Of a stretch of DNA of 64,000 bases, positions 19,802 through 29,426 are shown in pieces; positions within the stretch are counted from its first letter, which is position 1, and the number at the start of each line of letters is the position of its first letter. The translations under genes were made by a program, and so were the position numbers. Origin of the DNA: an uncultured Methanosarcinales archaeon (GTDB taxonomy: Archaea; Nanobdellota; Nanobdellia; Woesearchaeales; JACPBV01); NCBI GenBank assembly GCA_964618315.1, contig CAZTWQ010000002.1, positions 22,980 through 86,979 of the forward strand. Direction: 5' to 3'. The notes beneath the pieces were generated by a model. That model had not been told where the DNA came from and did no database searches. It worked only from the letters and a program-made list of their open reading frames with translations.

Positions 19802-21010
19802 ATGGCACAACCAAATATAATGTATGATCAGAGAAACACACCAGACAGTCAATTTACAGCTAATAGGGGTGCAGTTAGTGTAGCTATAGAAACTTGTCAG
19901 GAAGGAATTTCAAAAGGGGCTAGAATTCTTACGGTAAATGATAGTGAAGGTGGACTCCAGTATGAAGTGCAGTTGTCACATGGTATGAATATTGGTCCAG
20001 ATTCTTCTTATAAGGGTAAGAGTATATTTTGGGATGCGCCAAATCCTTTAAGAGTTTATTCAGAGGCAGAGATGGACACGGAATTACAAAGAGCAAAAAC
20101 TCATAAAAAAGATGGTGCTGTAATTGGTGGTCTAGGTGGTTGGCTTGATACTTTTAATGCTGGGTTAATATTGTGTGGTCTGGATTGTTGCGGTTCTCCT
20201 GGAGAGGACCCTGTTACTGGAGAATCTTTAACTCTACACTCAAGAATTGGACTTCTTCCAGCTGAAAATGTTACTGTAAGATATCAACAAATTGGTGAAG
20301 CTAGATACCAAGTTGTAATTGAGGGGGATGTTACTCAATATATGGGGGATGTTCCTAGTTACAAACTACATAGAAGGATAACAACAGACGTTGGTGGAAA
20401 TGAAATAGGGGTTGAGGATACAGTTGAAAACCTTACTGATGTTACATTACCACTCGATGCACTATACCATATACAACTTGGTGGAGCTGCACTGGAGAAA
20501 GGTTCTGTATTTAGTACTCCTGCTATTGCGCACCTAGATAGAGATGATGATGCTAAAGCTGGAAGAGCGAATATAAACTCAATGCCTGGAATTGGAGATA
20601 CTAAATATGAACGAGAAAAATTATGGTTCCATATCTTTCCAGAAATTGAAAAGGTAACGTCATTACTTAGAAATCCTGATGCTAGTTTTGGCGTTTATAC
20701 AAGACATGACCAAAGAGAGTTACCCCAATTTTCACAATGGCAACAAAATGGTGGTTGGCAGTTTAAGATCGAAGACCCTGAAAACTATAAAGAAGTGTGG
20801 TATGTGAATGCTCCTGAGCCAGGATTTACCAGATGTCCAAATAGGTCTGTTGAGAGAGAAGAAGGAAGACTTCAATATCTTGGACCAAGAGAGAGAAGAA
20901 CTGTGCACGTTGTAGTTGGAGCATTGGATCAGCAATCGCAAATAATGTCAATTGAAGACATCATTAAACAGCATAAATCTGTTCCAAGAGATGAATTTAT
21001 AGCTGCGTAA
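19802..21010 (+). CDS. hypothetical protein (possibly mutarotase/DUF4432-like fold; weak)
   Basis: 402 aa with a GGAGG Shine-Dalgarno site. The N-terminal pattern GGLQYEVQLSHGMNIGPDSSYKGKSIFW resembles aldose-epimerase-like DUF4432 proteins, from memory only. Confidence 0.5.
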   Translation: MAQPNIMYDQRNTPDSQFTANRGAVSVAIETCQEGISKGARILTVNDSEGGLQYEVQLSHGMNIGPDSSYKGKSIFWDAPNPLRVYSEAEMDTELQRAKTHKKDGAVIGGLGGWLDTFNAGLILCGLDCCGSPGEDPVTGESLTLHSRIGLLPAENVTVRYQQIGEARYQVVIEGDVTQYMGDVPSYKLHRRITTDVGGNEIGVEDTVENLTDVTLPLDALYHIQLGGAALEKGSVFSTPAIAHLDRDDDAKAGRANINSMPGIGDTKYEREKLWFHIFPEIEKVTSLLRNPDASFGVYTRHDQRELPQFSQWQQNGGWQFKIEDPENYKEVWYVNAPEPGFTRCPNRSVEREEGRLQYLGPRERRTVHVVVGALDQQSQIMSIEDIIKQHKSVPRDEFIAA

Positions 21011-21045
21011 TCATAAATTATAATTTAGGGGGGAATGATTGTAAA

Positions 21046-22680
21046 ATGGCAGAACAAAGAAGATTATCTTTAGGATTAGATTCAAGCACACAAGGCATAA
21101 AAGCTGTTGTTATTGATGTGGATTCTGGGCAGACAGTCTATGAAAATGCCCTTAGTTATGATGAAGATCCCAGATTAGCAAAATATAATGTTGATGGAAG
21201 TATATTCATGCCTTCAAAACTAGGTCTTGCTGAGCAAGATCCAAGAATGTTTGTCGCTTCTTTAGATGCTATTTTTGAAGATATGGGTAGAAGTGAAGAA
21301 TTTGATATGGGTGAAATAAGGGTTATAAATGATTCTGGACAGCAGCATGGTCATGTTTATTTGAATGGGCAATCTAGACAAAAGTTTGCTCAGCTTCAGA
21401 CAGGAGACTCTGCAAGCAGCAACTTAACTACTATCTTAGATGGATGTTTTTCATATCCTGGTGCGCCAATCTGGAAAACAGACAATACTCAAGCTGAGGC
21501 AGATTATCTTAGGCAGGCAGCTGGTGGTAAAGAACAAATGATTCGTCTTACTGGTTCTGATTCTCCATTAAGGTTTACAGCAGCACAAATGATGATGATT
21601 GGAAGATATATGCCAGAAACCATTGCAGATACAGAAACTGTTCAGCTTATCAGTAGTTTTATTCCTGCAATACTTGCTGCAAATACAAGATCTCCTTTGG
21701 ATATTGGGAATGGTGCTGGAACTTCTATTATGGATTATGCGCAGAGAACAAATTCTCAGGTAATGATTGAAGCAGCTGCAAGATATTGTAGAATAGAATC
21801 TTGGGATTTTGCATCAAAGCTTCCTGGTTTAACAGCACCTAATTCTATTGTTGGAATGGCCTCTAAATATCTCCAGCAAAAGTATGGGTTTAGGGCTGAT
21901 TGTATGGTTACTGCTGGATCAGGTGATAATCCTCAACTAAAGGTAATGACTGAAGATGACTTATTAACATTAGGTACGAGTGGAGTTTATATTATTTCTA
22001 CTGATGGCAATACATTTGACATGACAGGGGTTGGAAATGCTATGTATGACGGTCTTGGAAGGCCTTTGTTGTTTAGATGTAGAAGTAACTGTGCTACTGG
22101 TATGGATAGGATCAGGGCAGTTAATGGTTTAGGGCCAAAGGATTACGCTACAGCAGATGATGCAATTGAACAAGAACCTTTTGGAAAATATATCTATATC
22201 TGGCATCCTGATGGAGCAGAAACATTACCTATTTCTCCTATGCTTGAAGAACCTTATGTTGAAGGTTTTGGTTCATCAGGCGGATTAGGACCTGAATATG
22301 CAGGAGTAGTTGATTCTGTAATCGGAGCAATTCGTGCATATTCTGGATCTGATGAATCAGATTCTAAAAAGCCTCTTCTTTTATCTGGAGGTCCATCTAA
22401 TAGTAGGCAAATAAAGTTGAGGGCAAGTGGTATTTTTGGTGGGAGGCCAGTAATCTCAATGGGTGATGTTGGAGCTGCACTTGGTGCAGCTGTTGCAGGT
22501 GCTGATGCTTATTTAAATAGATTAGCAGAAGAACATGATATTGAATTGCTTTGTGGGAATGTATTGCCTAGAAGTGAACCAGTTATAGCTGGTCCAGAAA
22601 TTGTTGCAGCATATAATGGGAAAGGTATGTTTTTAGATAGATTAACAGCAGCTTATGATAAAGTAATTGCTGGAAAATAA
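21046..22680 (+). CDS. FGGY-family carbohydrate kinase, xylulokinase-like (eukaryote-type long form)
   Basis: 544 aa with LGLDSSTQGIKAVVID N-terminal motif, SGQQHGHVY, and LTGSDSPLRFTAAQ. Confidence 0.8.
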   Translation: MAEQRRLSLGLDSSTQGIKAVVIDVDSGQTVYENALSYDEDPRLAKYNVDGSIFMPSKLGLAEQDPRMFVASLDAIFEDMGRSEEFDMGEIRVINDSGQQHGHVYLNGQSRQKFAQLQTGDSASSNLTTILDGCFSYPGAPIWKTDNTQAEADYLRQAAGGKEQMIRLTGSDSPLRFTAAQMMMIGRYMPETIADTETVQLISSFIPAILAANTRSPLDIGNGAGTSIMDYAQRTNSQVMIEAAARYCRIESWDFASKLPGLTAPNSIVGMASKYLQQKYGFRADCMVTAGSGDNPQLKVMTEDDLLTLGTSGVYIISTDGNTFDMTGVGNAMYDGLGRPLLFRCRSNCATGMDRIRAVNGLGPKDYATADDAIEQEPFGKYIYIWHPDGAETLPISPMLEEPYVEGFGSSGGLGPEYAGVVDSVIGAIRAYSGSDESDSKKPLLLSGGPSNSRQIKLRASGIFGGRPVISMGDVGAALGAAVAGADAYLNRLAEEHDIELLCGNVLPRSEPVIAGPEIVAAYNGKGMFLDRLTAAYDKVIAGK

Positions 22681-22706
22681 TCTTTATTAAATGGAGGTAA
22701 ATTAAA

Positions 22707-23921
22707 ATGACAGGAAACAAAACAACATTTATGTATGCAGGACATATATGTCTTGATATACTTCCAGGTATTCCAGTTCAACAGTCATTAGACTTAGAAA
22801 AAATAGCAAGTCCTGGAGCACTTGTTCAGGTTATTGAACCAATAATCGGTACTGGTGGGCCTGTTTCTAACTCTGGAATTGCAGCTCATATAATTGGGGG
22901 GCAGATAGGGTATACTGCATTACTTAATGGTAAGATTGGTGACGATGATCTTGGGAAGGTTCTCCAAGCAAAAATAGCAGAAAGAGGATTGGATCCAGGA
23001 GCCATGACTGTGGATGGAACAACTAAAACTTCTTATACTGTAGTAATTGGCTTTGACGATACTAATGGGGGTACAAGAGATAGAGTATTTTTTCATGGCC
23101 CTTTAGCAAATGATACATTTGGATTTGAAGATGTTGCATGGGATAGTGCTGGGGAAGCAGATGGAATTCATTTAGGATACCCTCCATTGATGAGGCTGCT
23201 TTATTCTGATGGTGGAGCTACTCTTAGTAAAATTATGAGGTATGCAAAAGAATTAGGTTTAACAACAAGTCTTGATATGGCAGCTTGTGATCCAAATTCT
23301 GATGCTGGAAAAGCTGATTGGGATTCAATTCTTCGAATGTCTTTACCTAGTGTTGATATGTTTACACCTAGTATAGGTGAGACATTGTATATGACTGATA
23401 GGGCGTTGTTTGATGAACTTGATGAAACAAAAACAGATCTTGTTGATCGTGTAGATGGTAATCAAATTTCTTCTGTTTCTGAAAAATTAAGTGGATATGG
23501 GAATGAAATTCCAATTATTGTTCTTAAAATGGGGCATAGGGGAGTATATATGGTAACAGGTAGTAGAGAAAGCCTTGAAAGAATGGGGAGATTTAAACCT
23601 GAAGATCTTGATGCGTGGGCTAATAGAGAATTGTGGCATACTAGTTATCATGCAGAATTCCCGATGGCAACCGGAGCAGGAGATACAACAATTGCAGGTA
23701 TGCATGTTGCAATGCATATGGGATTATCACCTGAAAGTGTTTTAGAAAGAGGCACACTTTATGGTTGGCAATGTGTTGGTGCTCCTGATGCTCTTGGTGG
23801 TCTAAAACCTTGGAGTGAGTCAACGACAGCAGGATTAACAAAAAATCCTCTTGAAGTTAAAGGGAAAGGGTGGAAAGAAGTTGGAGGGGGATTGTATGCT
23901 GGCCCGAGAAACAAAGGTTAA
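22707..23921 (+). CDS. PfkB/ribokinase-family sugar kinase
   Basis: 404 aa with C-terminal GAGDTTIAG signature of PfkB kinases. Confidence 0.75.
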   Translation: MTGNKTTFMYAGHICLDILPGIPVQQSLDLEKIASPGALVQVIEPIIGTGGPVSNSGIAAHIIGGQIGYTALLNGKIGDDDLGKVLQAKIAERGLDPGAMTVDGTTKTSYTVVIGFDDTNGGTRDRVFFHGPLANDTFGFEDVAWDSAGEADGIHLGYPPLMRLLYSDGGATLSKIMRYAKELGLTTSLDMAACDPNSDAGKADWDSILRMSLPSVDMFTPSIGETLYMTDRALFDELDETKTDLVDRVDGNQISSVSEKLSGYGNEIPIIVLKMGHRGVYMVTGSRESLERMGRFKPEDLDAWANRELWHTSYHAEFPMATGAGDTTIAGMHVAMHMGLSPESVLERGTLYGWQCVGAPDALGGLKPWSESTTAGLTKNPLEVKGKGWKEVGGGLYAGPRNKG

Positions 23922-24059
23922 TTCATTTATTTCCTCAATTTTATATAATTTATATATTTAACCTACACATTTTTAAATAGAACTGTATTTTAGTAGATTA
24001 ATTCTTAGTTATTAGCATAGTTAATAATTAGTTGAAATGATGTTATTGGGTTGAATAAT

Positions 24060-25472
24060 ATGGCTGGAACAATTTTAAGTGTAACAAAAAGTGGAAGCAA
24101 TACCCCTACTGAGAGTCTTCCTGAAGAAATTCGTAATAGAGAAACTCACCAGGTAGATATAGGAGCATCATATTATGCTGGTTCATTAACAATTCCAAGC
24201 CTTAATCAGGCATTTAGCGTATTTGATCCTGCACCTATACTAGAAGAAGAGATTGGATTAGTAGGCGATTCTGGAAAAGGGGGAACAAGTAAAGTTTTTA
24301 GAGGTAGTTATGGTGATAGGCAGGTATGTGCTATAAAAGTCATGGATTGGCGAGCACTTTTAGGGCGTTCACCTGATTATATTGAAGATTATCTGCGTAA
24401 ATTTGGTGGAGAGGGCAGAGATGTTCAAACTATGTTTCGTAGGTGCAGTGATGATCCTAGATTAGCAAGGATAATTCAAGTACATAAATATGGGTCTTAT
24501 ATCATACCTCATATTATTATGGAATTTGTTGATGGCACTGACCTTGATAACATTGTTTTAGATAGGACTATCAGTACAAATTTAACTCCTGGACTTAGCA
24601 GAAGTGATGTAGTGAATAATATCTATCCAAGAGCCCCTGTTTCAACCATGGATGAAGTTCATCAATTGCTTAGGTCTTATATTCAATCTTCAGAAGGATT
24701 AGAACTTCTTCATGAACAGAGTATTATCCATAGAGATATTAAACCAGCAAATATATTAGTCGATAGAAGTGGCAATATTAGGATAACTGATCTAGGTCTT
24801 GTGAAATCCCTGGATACAGAAAGAGTAAGAACAAAAGGTACTATTATAGGAACTCCTGTTTTTATGTCTCCTGAACAGATAAATATGGCTCATAATAGCA
24901 GAGAATTGACTGTGCAAAGTGATACTTATTCATTTGGGGGTACAATGTTTTATACCCTTACAGGGCAATATGCACATTCTTTTTCTGATGCAGATACTTC
25001 AACAACTAAGGCAATGTGCATTGTAGGTAATGTAGCTGGAATTAAAGGATTTGATATATTAAGTGATGAACTTGGAGCAAGATTAGAATATTCATTTGGT
25101 CCTATAAAAGATTGGTGTTTAGAATATGACCCAGTTGATAGGCCTACTACAAAAGCAAGGACTTATGCTATTATTGGAGCTGCTGTAGAATTGGGTGTGG
25201 AACCAGAACATATTAGATCATATTCATATGTAGAGCAGGACGATGTTTCTGAATTAGTAGCAGATGTATATTCTTGGACTGATTCCAGAAGAAAAGAATT
25301 GGTAGTATCAGGCCTTAAGCATGCAGGGCATACAGATGTTATGGATGCATATGAAACAGCTCTTAATCAAACTGCATATTCTGAAGTTGATACAAGCAAG
25401 CTAAAACTTTCTGAAAGATTAACATTAGCTGCTAATGCAGTTATAAATATAATGTCTGGTAGCAATCAATGA
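24060..25472 (+). CDS. Hanks-type Ser/Thr protein kinase with uncharacterised C-terminal domain
   Basis: GKGGTSKVF Gly loop, CAIKVM, HRDIKPANIL, TDLG, and SPE motifs. The first ATG is at 24060; the track starts at a TTG at 24051. Confidence 0.85.
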   Translation: MAGTILSVTKSGSNTPTESLPEEIRNRETHQVDIGASYYAGSLTIPSLNQAFSVFDPAPILEEEIGLVGDSGKGGTSKVFRGSYGDRQVCAIKVMDWRALLGRSPDYIEDYLRKFGGEGRDVQTMFRRCSDDPRLARIIQVHKYGSYIIPHIIMEFVDGTDLDNIVLDRTISTNLTPGLSRSDVVNNIYPRAPVSTMDEVHQLLRSYIQSSEGLELLHEQSIIHRDIKPANILVDRSGNIRITDLGLVKSLDTERVRTKGTIIGTPVFMSPEQINMAHNSRELTVQSDTYSFGGTMFYTLTGQYAHSFSDADTSTTKAMCIVGNVAGIKGFDILSDELGARLEYSFGPIKDWCLEYDPVDRPTTKARTYAIIGAAVELGVEPEHIRSYSYVEQDDVSELVADVYSWTDSRRKELVVSGLKHAGHTDVMDAYETALNQTAYSEVDTSKLKLSERLTLAANAVINIMSGSNQ

Positions 25473-25536
25473 TTCCCCTCATAACATAAAGTTTTAGAAG
25501 AATTACTTCCTAAAACCATTATGTTCCTATCATAAC

Positions 25537-25557
25537 ATAAGGTTTATAAACAAACAT
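25537..25557 (+). promoter_or_regulatory. asd promoter box
   Basis: ATAAGGTTTATAAACAAACAT. It forms an inverted repeat with 14555-14575, and an AGGTGA Shine-Dalgarno site lies before the asd ATG. Confidence 0.5.
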
Positions 25558-25597
25558 TTTGTTCTCTGAGTAGGTTAACTATAATAGGTGATATAAT

Positions 25598-26674
25598 ATG
25601 GATAAATTAAAAGTAGGAATATTAGGTGCAACTGGAATGGTTGGACAAAGGTTTATATCTTTGTTAGATGATCATCCTTGGTTTAATGTAGTAGCAGTAG
25701 CTGCTTCTCCAAGATCAGCAGGAAAGAAATATTCAGAAGCTGTAGAAGGAAGATGGGTATCTAAAAAAGATATCCCTTCAGATGTTAAGGATCTTGTAGT
25801 TTCAGATGTTGCAAATATAGATGACATGAAAGGAAAAGTTGATTTTGTGTTTTCAGCTATAGAAGCTTCCAAAGAAGAGATTAGAGAATTTGAGAATAAA
25901 TACGCAGAGAATGATATTCCTGTTGTGTCAAACAACTCAGCTCATAGGTGGACAAAAGATGTTCCTATGGTAGTTCCAGAGATCAACCCTCAGCATATTG
26001 AGATGATCGACATACAAAGAAAGAACCATGGATGGAACAAGGGTTTTGTAGTTGTAAAACCAAATTGCTCATTGCAGAGCTACCTGCCAGCTATTGCTCC
26101 ATTAATGAAATTTAATCCTAAGAAAATTATTGTAACTACAATGCAGGCTATTTCAGGAGCAGGAAAAACATTTGAAACATATCCAGAAATCTTAGATAAT
26201 GTTGTACCTAATATTGGCGGAGAAGAAGAAAAAACTGAAAAAGAACCATTAAAGATATTGGGAAAGATTGAGGATGGAGAGATCAAGAATTTTGAAGGTA
26301 TAGATATTAGTTCAACTACAACAAGAGTTCCTGTTACAGACGGACATATGGCAACTGTATATGTTGAATTTGAGAACAAACCAACAAAGGAAGATATCTT
26401 AGAGATATGGAAAAACCACAAAGCAGAACCTCAGGAATTAGGTTTGCCAAGTGCTCCAAATCCATTATTAATATATCACGAAGATGAGTTTAGACCTCAG
26501 ACTAAACTAGACAGAGATGCTGGAAAAGGAATGGCAATAAGCATCGGAAGACTTCGTGATTGTAATGTGTTTGACTATAGGTTTGTTGCTTTAAGTCATA
26601 ATACAATTAGAGGTGCAGCTGGTGGTGCCGTTCTTGTAGCTGAATTGTTGAAAGCTAAAGGTTATTTGGGTTGA
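25598..26674 (+). CDS. asd: aspartate-semialdehyde dehydrogenase
   Basis: 358 aa with GATGMVGQR loop, KPNCS active-site Cys, and SHNTIRGAAG. Confidence 0.9.
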   Translation: MDKLKVGILGATGMVGQRFISLLDDHPWFNVVAVAASPRSAGKKYSEAVEGRWVSKKDIPSDVKDLVVSDVANIDDMKGKVDFVFSAIEASKEEIREFENKYAENDIPVVSNNSAHRWTKDVPMVVPEINPQHIEMIDIQRKNHGWNKGFVVVKPNCSLQSYLPAIAPLMKFNPKKIIVTTMQAISGAGKTFETYPEILDNVVPNIGGEEEKTEKEPLKILGKIEDGEIKNFEGIDISSTTTRVPVTDGHMATVYVEFENKPTKEDILEIWKNHKAEPQELGLPSAPNPLLIYHEDEFRPQTKLDRDAGKGMAISIGRLRDCNVFDYRFVALSHNTIRGAAGGAVLVAELLKAKGYLG

Positions 26675-27073
26675 TTATTTCCCTAGATAAATAACTTCTT
26701 TTTCTTTTTTAAAATGAGGGTCTCCTGTTACTAATTGTAACTTATGGGCTTTTGCACTTTCATAAATCAAAGAATCACCTAAGCCCCATTTTTTCTTATG
26801 ATTTGTTTTAGCAGCATTTAAAGCTGTTTCAGCTTCAATAGGTATTAAGAAACACCTTGACATCATTAAAGATACAATTTTATCTGCGTGTTTTTCGTTT
26901 GTTTCTGATAAATATTTCTTGTATACTTCTGATAGATTAATTACACTAATAAATAACATTTGATCGCTATCTATGTAATTAGCTATTTGTTTACCTATTT
27001 TTGATCCATTAGCAAATTCTATCCAACACCAAGAATCAAGCAAAACGGTCAATTTCTTCCCTCTTGAATTCAC
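26675..27073 (-). CDS. vapC: PIN-domain toxin (VapC-like)
   Basis: 132 aa with acidic PIN residues (LLDS, SEV, GDS, TGD). It overlaps the upstream small ORF and abuts the asd stop codon. Confidence 0.65.
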   Translation of the reverse strand: MNSRGKKLTVLLDSWCWIEFANGSKIGKQIANYIDSDQMLFISVINLSEVYKKYLSETNEKHADKIVSLMMSRCFLIPIEAETALNAAKTNHKKKWGLGDSLIYESAKAHKLQLVTGDPHFKKEKEVIYLGK

Positions 27074-27230
27074 TCACTGTTGGAAATTTTCCAAAATAAG
27101 ACTTTTTTGGTTTTTTTATTTTACTTATTAATTTTTGAATAGTGTCGTCGTATGTTGGGGTGTCTAATTCTTCTTTTACCATCTTTAATAAGGAATATGT
27201 ATCATCCTTTAGTGCAATTGTTGTTGACAT
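27036..27230 (-). CDS. small antitoxin-like protein (VapB-type partner)
   Basis: 64 aa, immediately upstream of and overlapping the PIN gene. Confidence 0.45.
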   Translation of the reverse strand: MSTTIALKDDTYSLLKMVKEELDTPTYDDTIQKLISKIKKPKKSYFGKFPTVSEFKREEIDRFA

Positions 27231-27383
27231 TTATATCACCATATATTATAGTGCTATATGTTATATTTAAATGTTTTGGTTTTTTGTTTAGAAACATTTT
27301 AGAAAAATAAAATTTTTAATCCTTTAAGTTTCTCGTTTCACTCGAACCGTAAAGTTTAAAAACACGATAATAACATTCTAACT

Positions 27384-27749
27384 ATGGCAACCTATAAGAA
27401 AATTGGAACTAAGACAGTAATCGGTTTAGTTGAACCAGTTATTTTGTATAGCAAGACTCAAGGCAACAAGACCATAATGGCTAAGATAGATACAGGAGCT
27501 TCAAAAAGCTCAATAGATGTCAACCTTGCTTCACAATTAAGATTAGGACCCATAATCAAGTCAAAGCTAGTCAAGTCAGCTTCAGGAAATAAACTAAGAC
27601 CAGTTATAGAATCTGTTGTAGAGTTGGCTGGTAAGAAGATGAAAGAAGAGTTTACTTTAGCAGATAGATGGCATATGAAATATAGAGTATTGATTGGCCA
27701 GAATGTGTTAAAACATGGTTATTTGATAGATCCATCATTGAAAAAATGA
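27384..27749 (+). CDS. retropepsin-like aspartic protease (RimB / DUF785-type)
   Basis: 121 aa with the KIDTGAS active-site motif. It overlaps rimK by 4 nt. Confidence 0.65.
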   Translation: MATYKKIGTKTVIGLVEPVILYSKTQGNKTIMAKIDTGASKSSIDVNLASQLRLGPIIKSKLVKSASGNKLRPVIESVVELAGKKMKEEFTLADRWHMKYRVLIGQNVLKHGYLIDPSLKK

Positions 27750-28819
27750 AGGCAGCTATAATATCCCTGGGCTCAACCAGTTCAAAATGGACTGCTGAGG
27801 CAATGGAAAAGTATTTTGATAGTGTAGATCTTATAGACCTAAAAGGTATTGAGGTTAATCTTTCTTCTGGTAAGTCAATTGTTTTGTATGATGGAAAACC
27901 ATTGAATGATTATGATTGTATCCTTGCAAAAGGCAGTTTCAGATATGCTCAGACTTTAAGAGCCGTAACTGGAGCATTGTATCCTACTACTTATATGCCG
28001 ATAAAGGCTGGTGCTTTTACAGCAGGGCATGATAAATTATTGACCCATTTATTTCTACAGCAGTCTAAGATTCCGATGCCTACTACATATTTAACTTCTT
28101 CACCAACAGCTGCTAAGAAGATATTAAAAAAAGTAAATTATCCTATCATATTTAAATTTCCTTCTGGAACAGGCGGCAAAGGAGTTATGTATGCAGAGAG
28201 TTATGCTGCAGCTTCGTCTTTGATGGATGCTTTAGAATCATTAAGACAGCCTTTCTTGATCCAGGAATATATAGAGACTAGTGGTGAAGATATCCGAGCA
28301 ATAGTTGTTGGCGGTAAATTAGTTGCTGCAATGAAAAGAAAAGCAGTAGTTGGTGAGAAACGAGCTAATATCCATGCAGGTGGAGAAGGAGAAGCTTTCC
28401 TGCCTGATGCCCATATGAAGAAGATGGCTATTGAGGCTGCAAAAGCGATTGGGGCTGAGATTTGCGCTGTCGACATATTAGAAAGCATAAAAGGGCCAGT
28501 AGTTATAGAACTTAACTTAAGCCCTGGTTTGCAGGGAATAACTAAAGCAACGGGTGTTGATGTTGCAGATAAAATGGCAAAATACCTTTATCAAAGAACT
28601 AAAGAGTATACTGAGAAAGGCACCAAGAAAAATACAGTAGAAGTCATGAAAGAATTGAATATCGATAAATCCAATGAACAGCAGATTGTTACTAATCTTG
28701 ATTTTAGGGGAGAAAGAATACTGCTCCCTAAACTAGTCACTGATATGTGCAAGTTCAGTGATAAGAATGAGTGTATTGTTAAGGTCAAGAAAGGTAAGAT
28801 AGAGATTGAAAAGATTTGA
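27746..28819 (+). CDS. rimK: RimK-family ATP-grasp ligase
   Basis: 357 aa with ATP-grasp motifs (FKFPSGTGGKGV, QEYIE, AVDILES..GPVVIELN). Confidence 0.8.
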   Translation: MKAAIISLGSTSSKWTAEAMEKYFDSVDLIDLKGIEVNLSSGKSIVLYDGKPLNDYDCILAKGSFRYAQTLRAVTGALYPTTYMPIKAGAFTAGHDKLLTHLFLQQSKIPMPTTYLTSSPTAAKKILKKVNYPIIFKFPSGTGGKGVMYAESYAAASSLMDALESLRQPFLIQEYIETSGEDIRAIVVGGKLVAAMKRKAVVGEKRANIHAGGEGEAFLPDAHMKKMAIEAAKAIGAEICAVDILESIKGPVVIELNLSPGLQGITKATGVDVADKMAKYLYQRTKEYTEKGTKKNTVEVMKELNIDKSNEQQIVTNLDFRGERILLPKLVTDMCKFSDKNECIVKVKKGKIEIEKI

Positions 28820-28853
28820 TGTTTTTTCTTGAGAGATTTAGTTGATCATTTGA

Positions 28854-29210
28854 TTATCTCGTCAATTCTACATTAGTATATGCTTCCCATGTTGTACCTG
28901 GTGATTGATCAAGATAATAACCTATAGGCGAATTACAAACTTGCTCACCCATAAATAGCCCCAGATGTAATTCAATATCATCGCTTTGTCCAAATCCATG
29001 TTTTACATAATCTGTTAGATATAATAATCTTGGTCTTAGAAGCTCTGGTGCATCTTCAGGTATTTCTGCTACTTTTCCATGTATAATAAAGTTACATACC
29101 TTTGATGGTTTTGTATCTCTACGGATTAAAAGAACATCTGTTCCAGTCGGAAGATGCGCTAATTCATCAATACTTCCAACTTTATTCAATTTAAGATGCG
29201 CAGCATGCAT
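28854..29210 (-). CDS. hypothetical protein (atypical composition)
   Basis: 118-aa ORF, Lys-poor, no family recognised. Confidence 0.4.
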   Translation of the reverse strand: MHAAHLKLNKVGSIDELAHLPTGTDVLLIRRDTKPSKVCNFIIHGKVAEIPEDAPELLRPRLLYLTDYVKHGFGQSDDIELHLGLFMGEQVCNSPIGYYLDQSPGTTWEAYTNVELTR

Positions 29211-29426
29211 ATAAATTAGGGGTGTAAGATAAGCTATAAGCTTTTCTGTTGTACTTTATTATTTGGGATTATGTTAGTTAATAATAAGAAATATTAATAA
29301 AATAATGAGAATTAAAAAATAAATCCAATAAAAGAAAAAATCAATAAAAATTAAATTTAATAAAAACAATACCAATAAAATAAATAATATAAAGAAAAAA
29401 TCAATAAAATAAGAAATAAAAATAAT

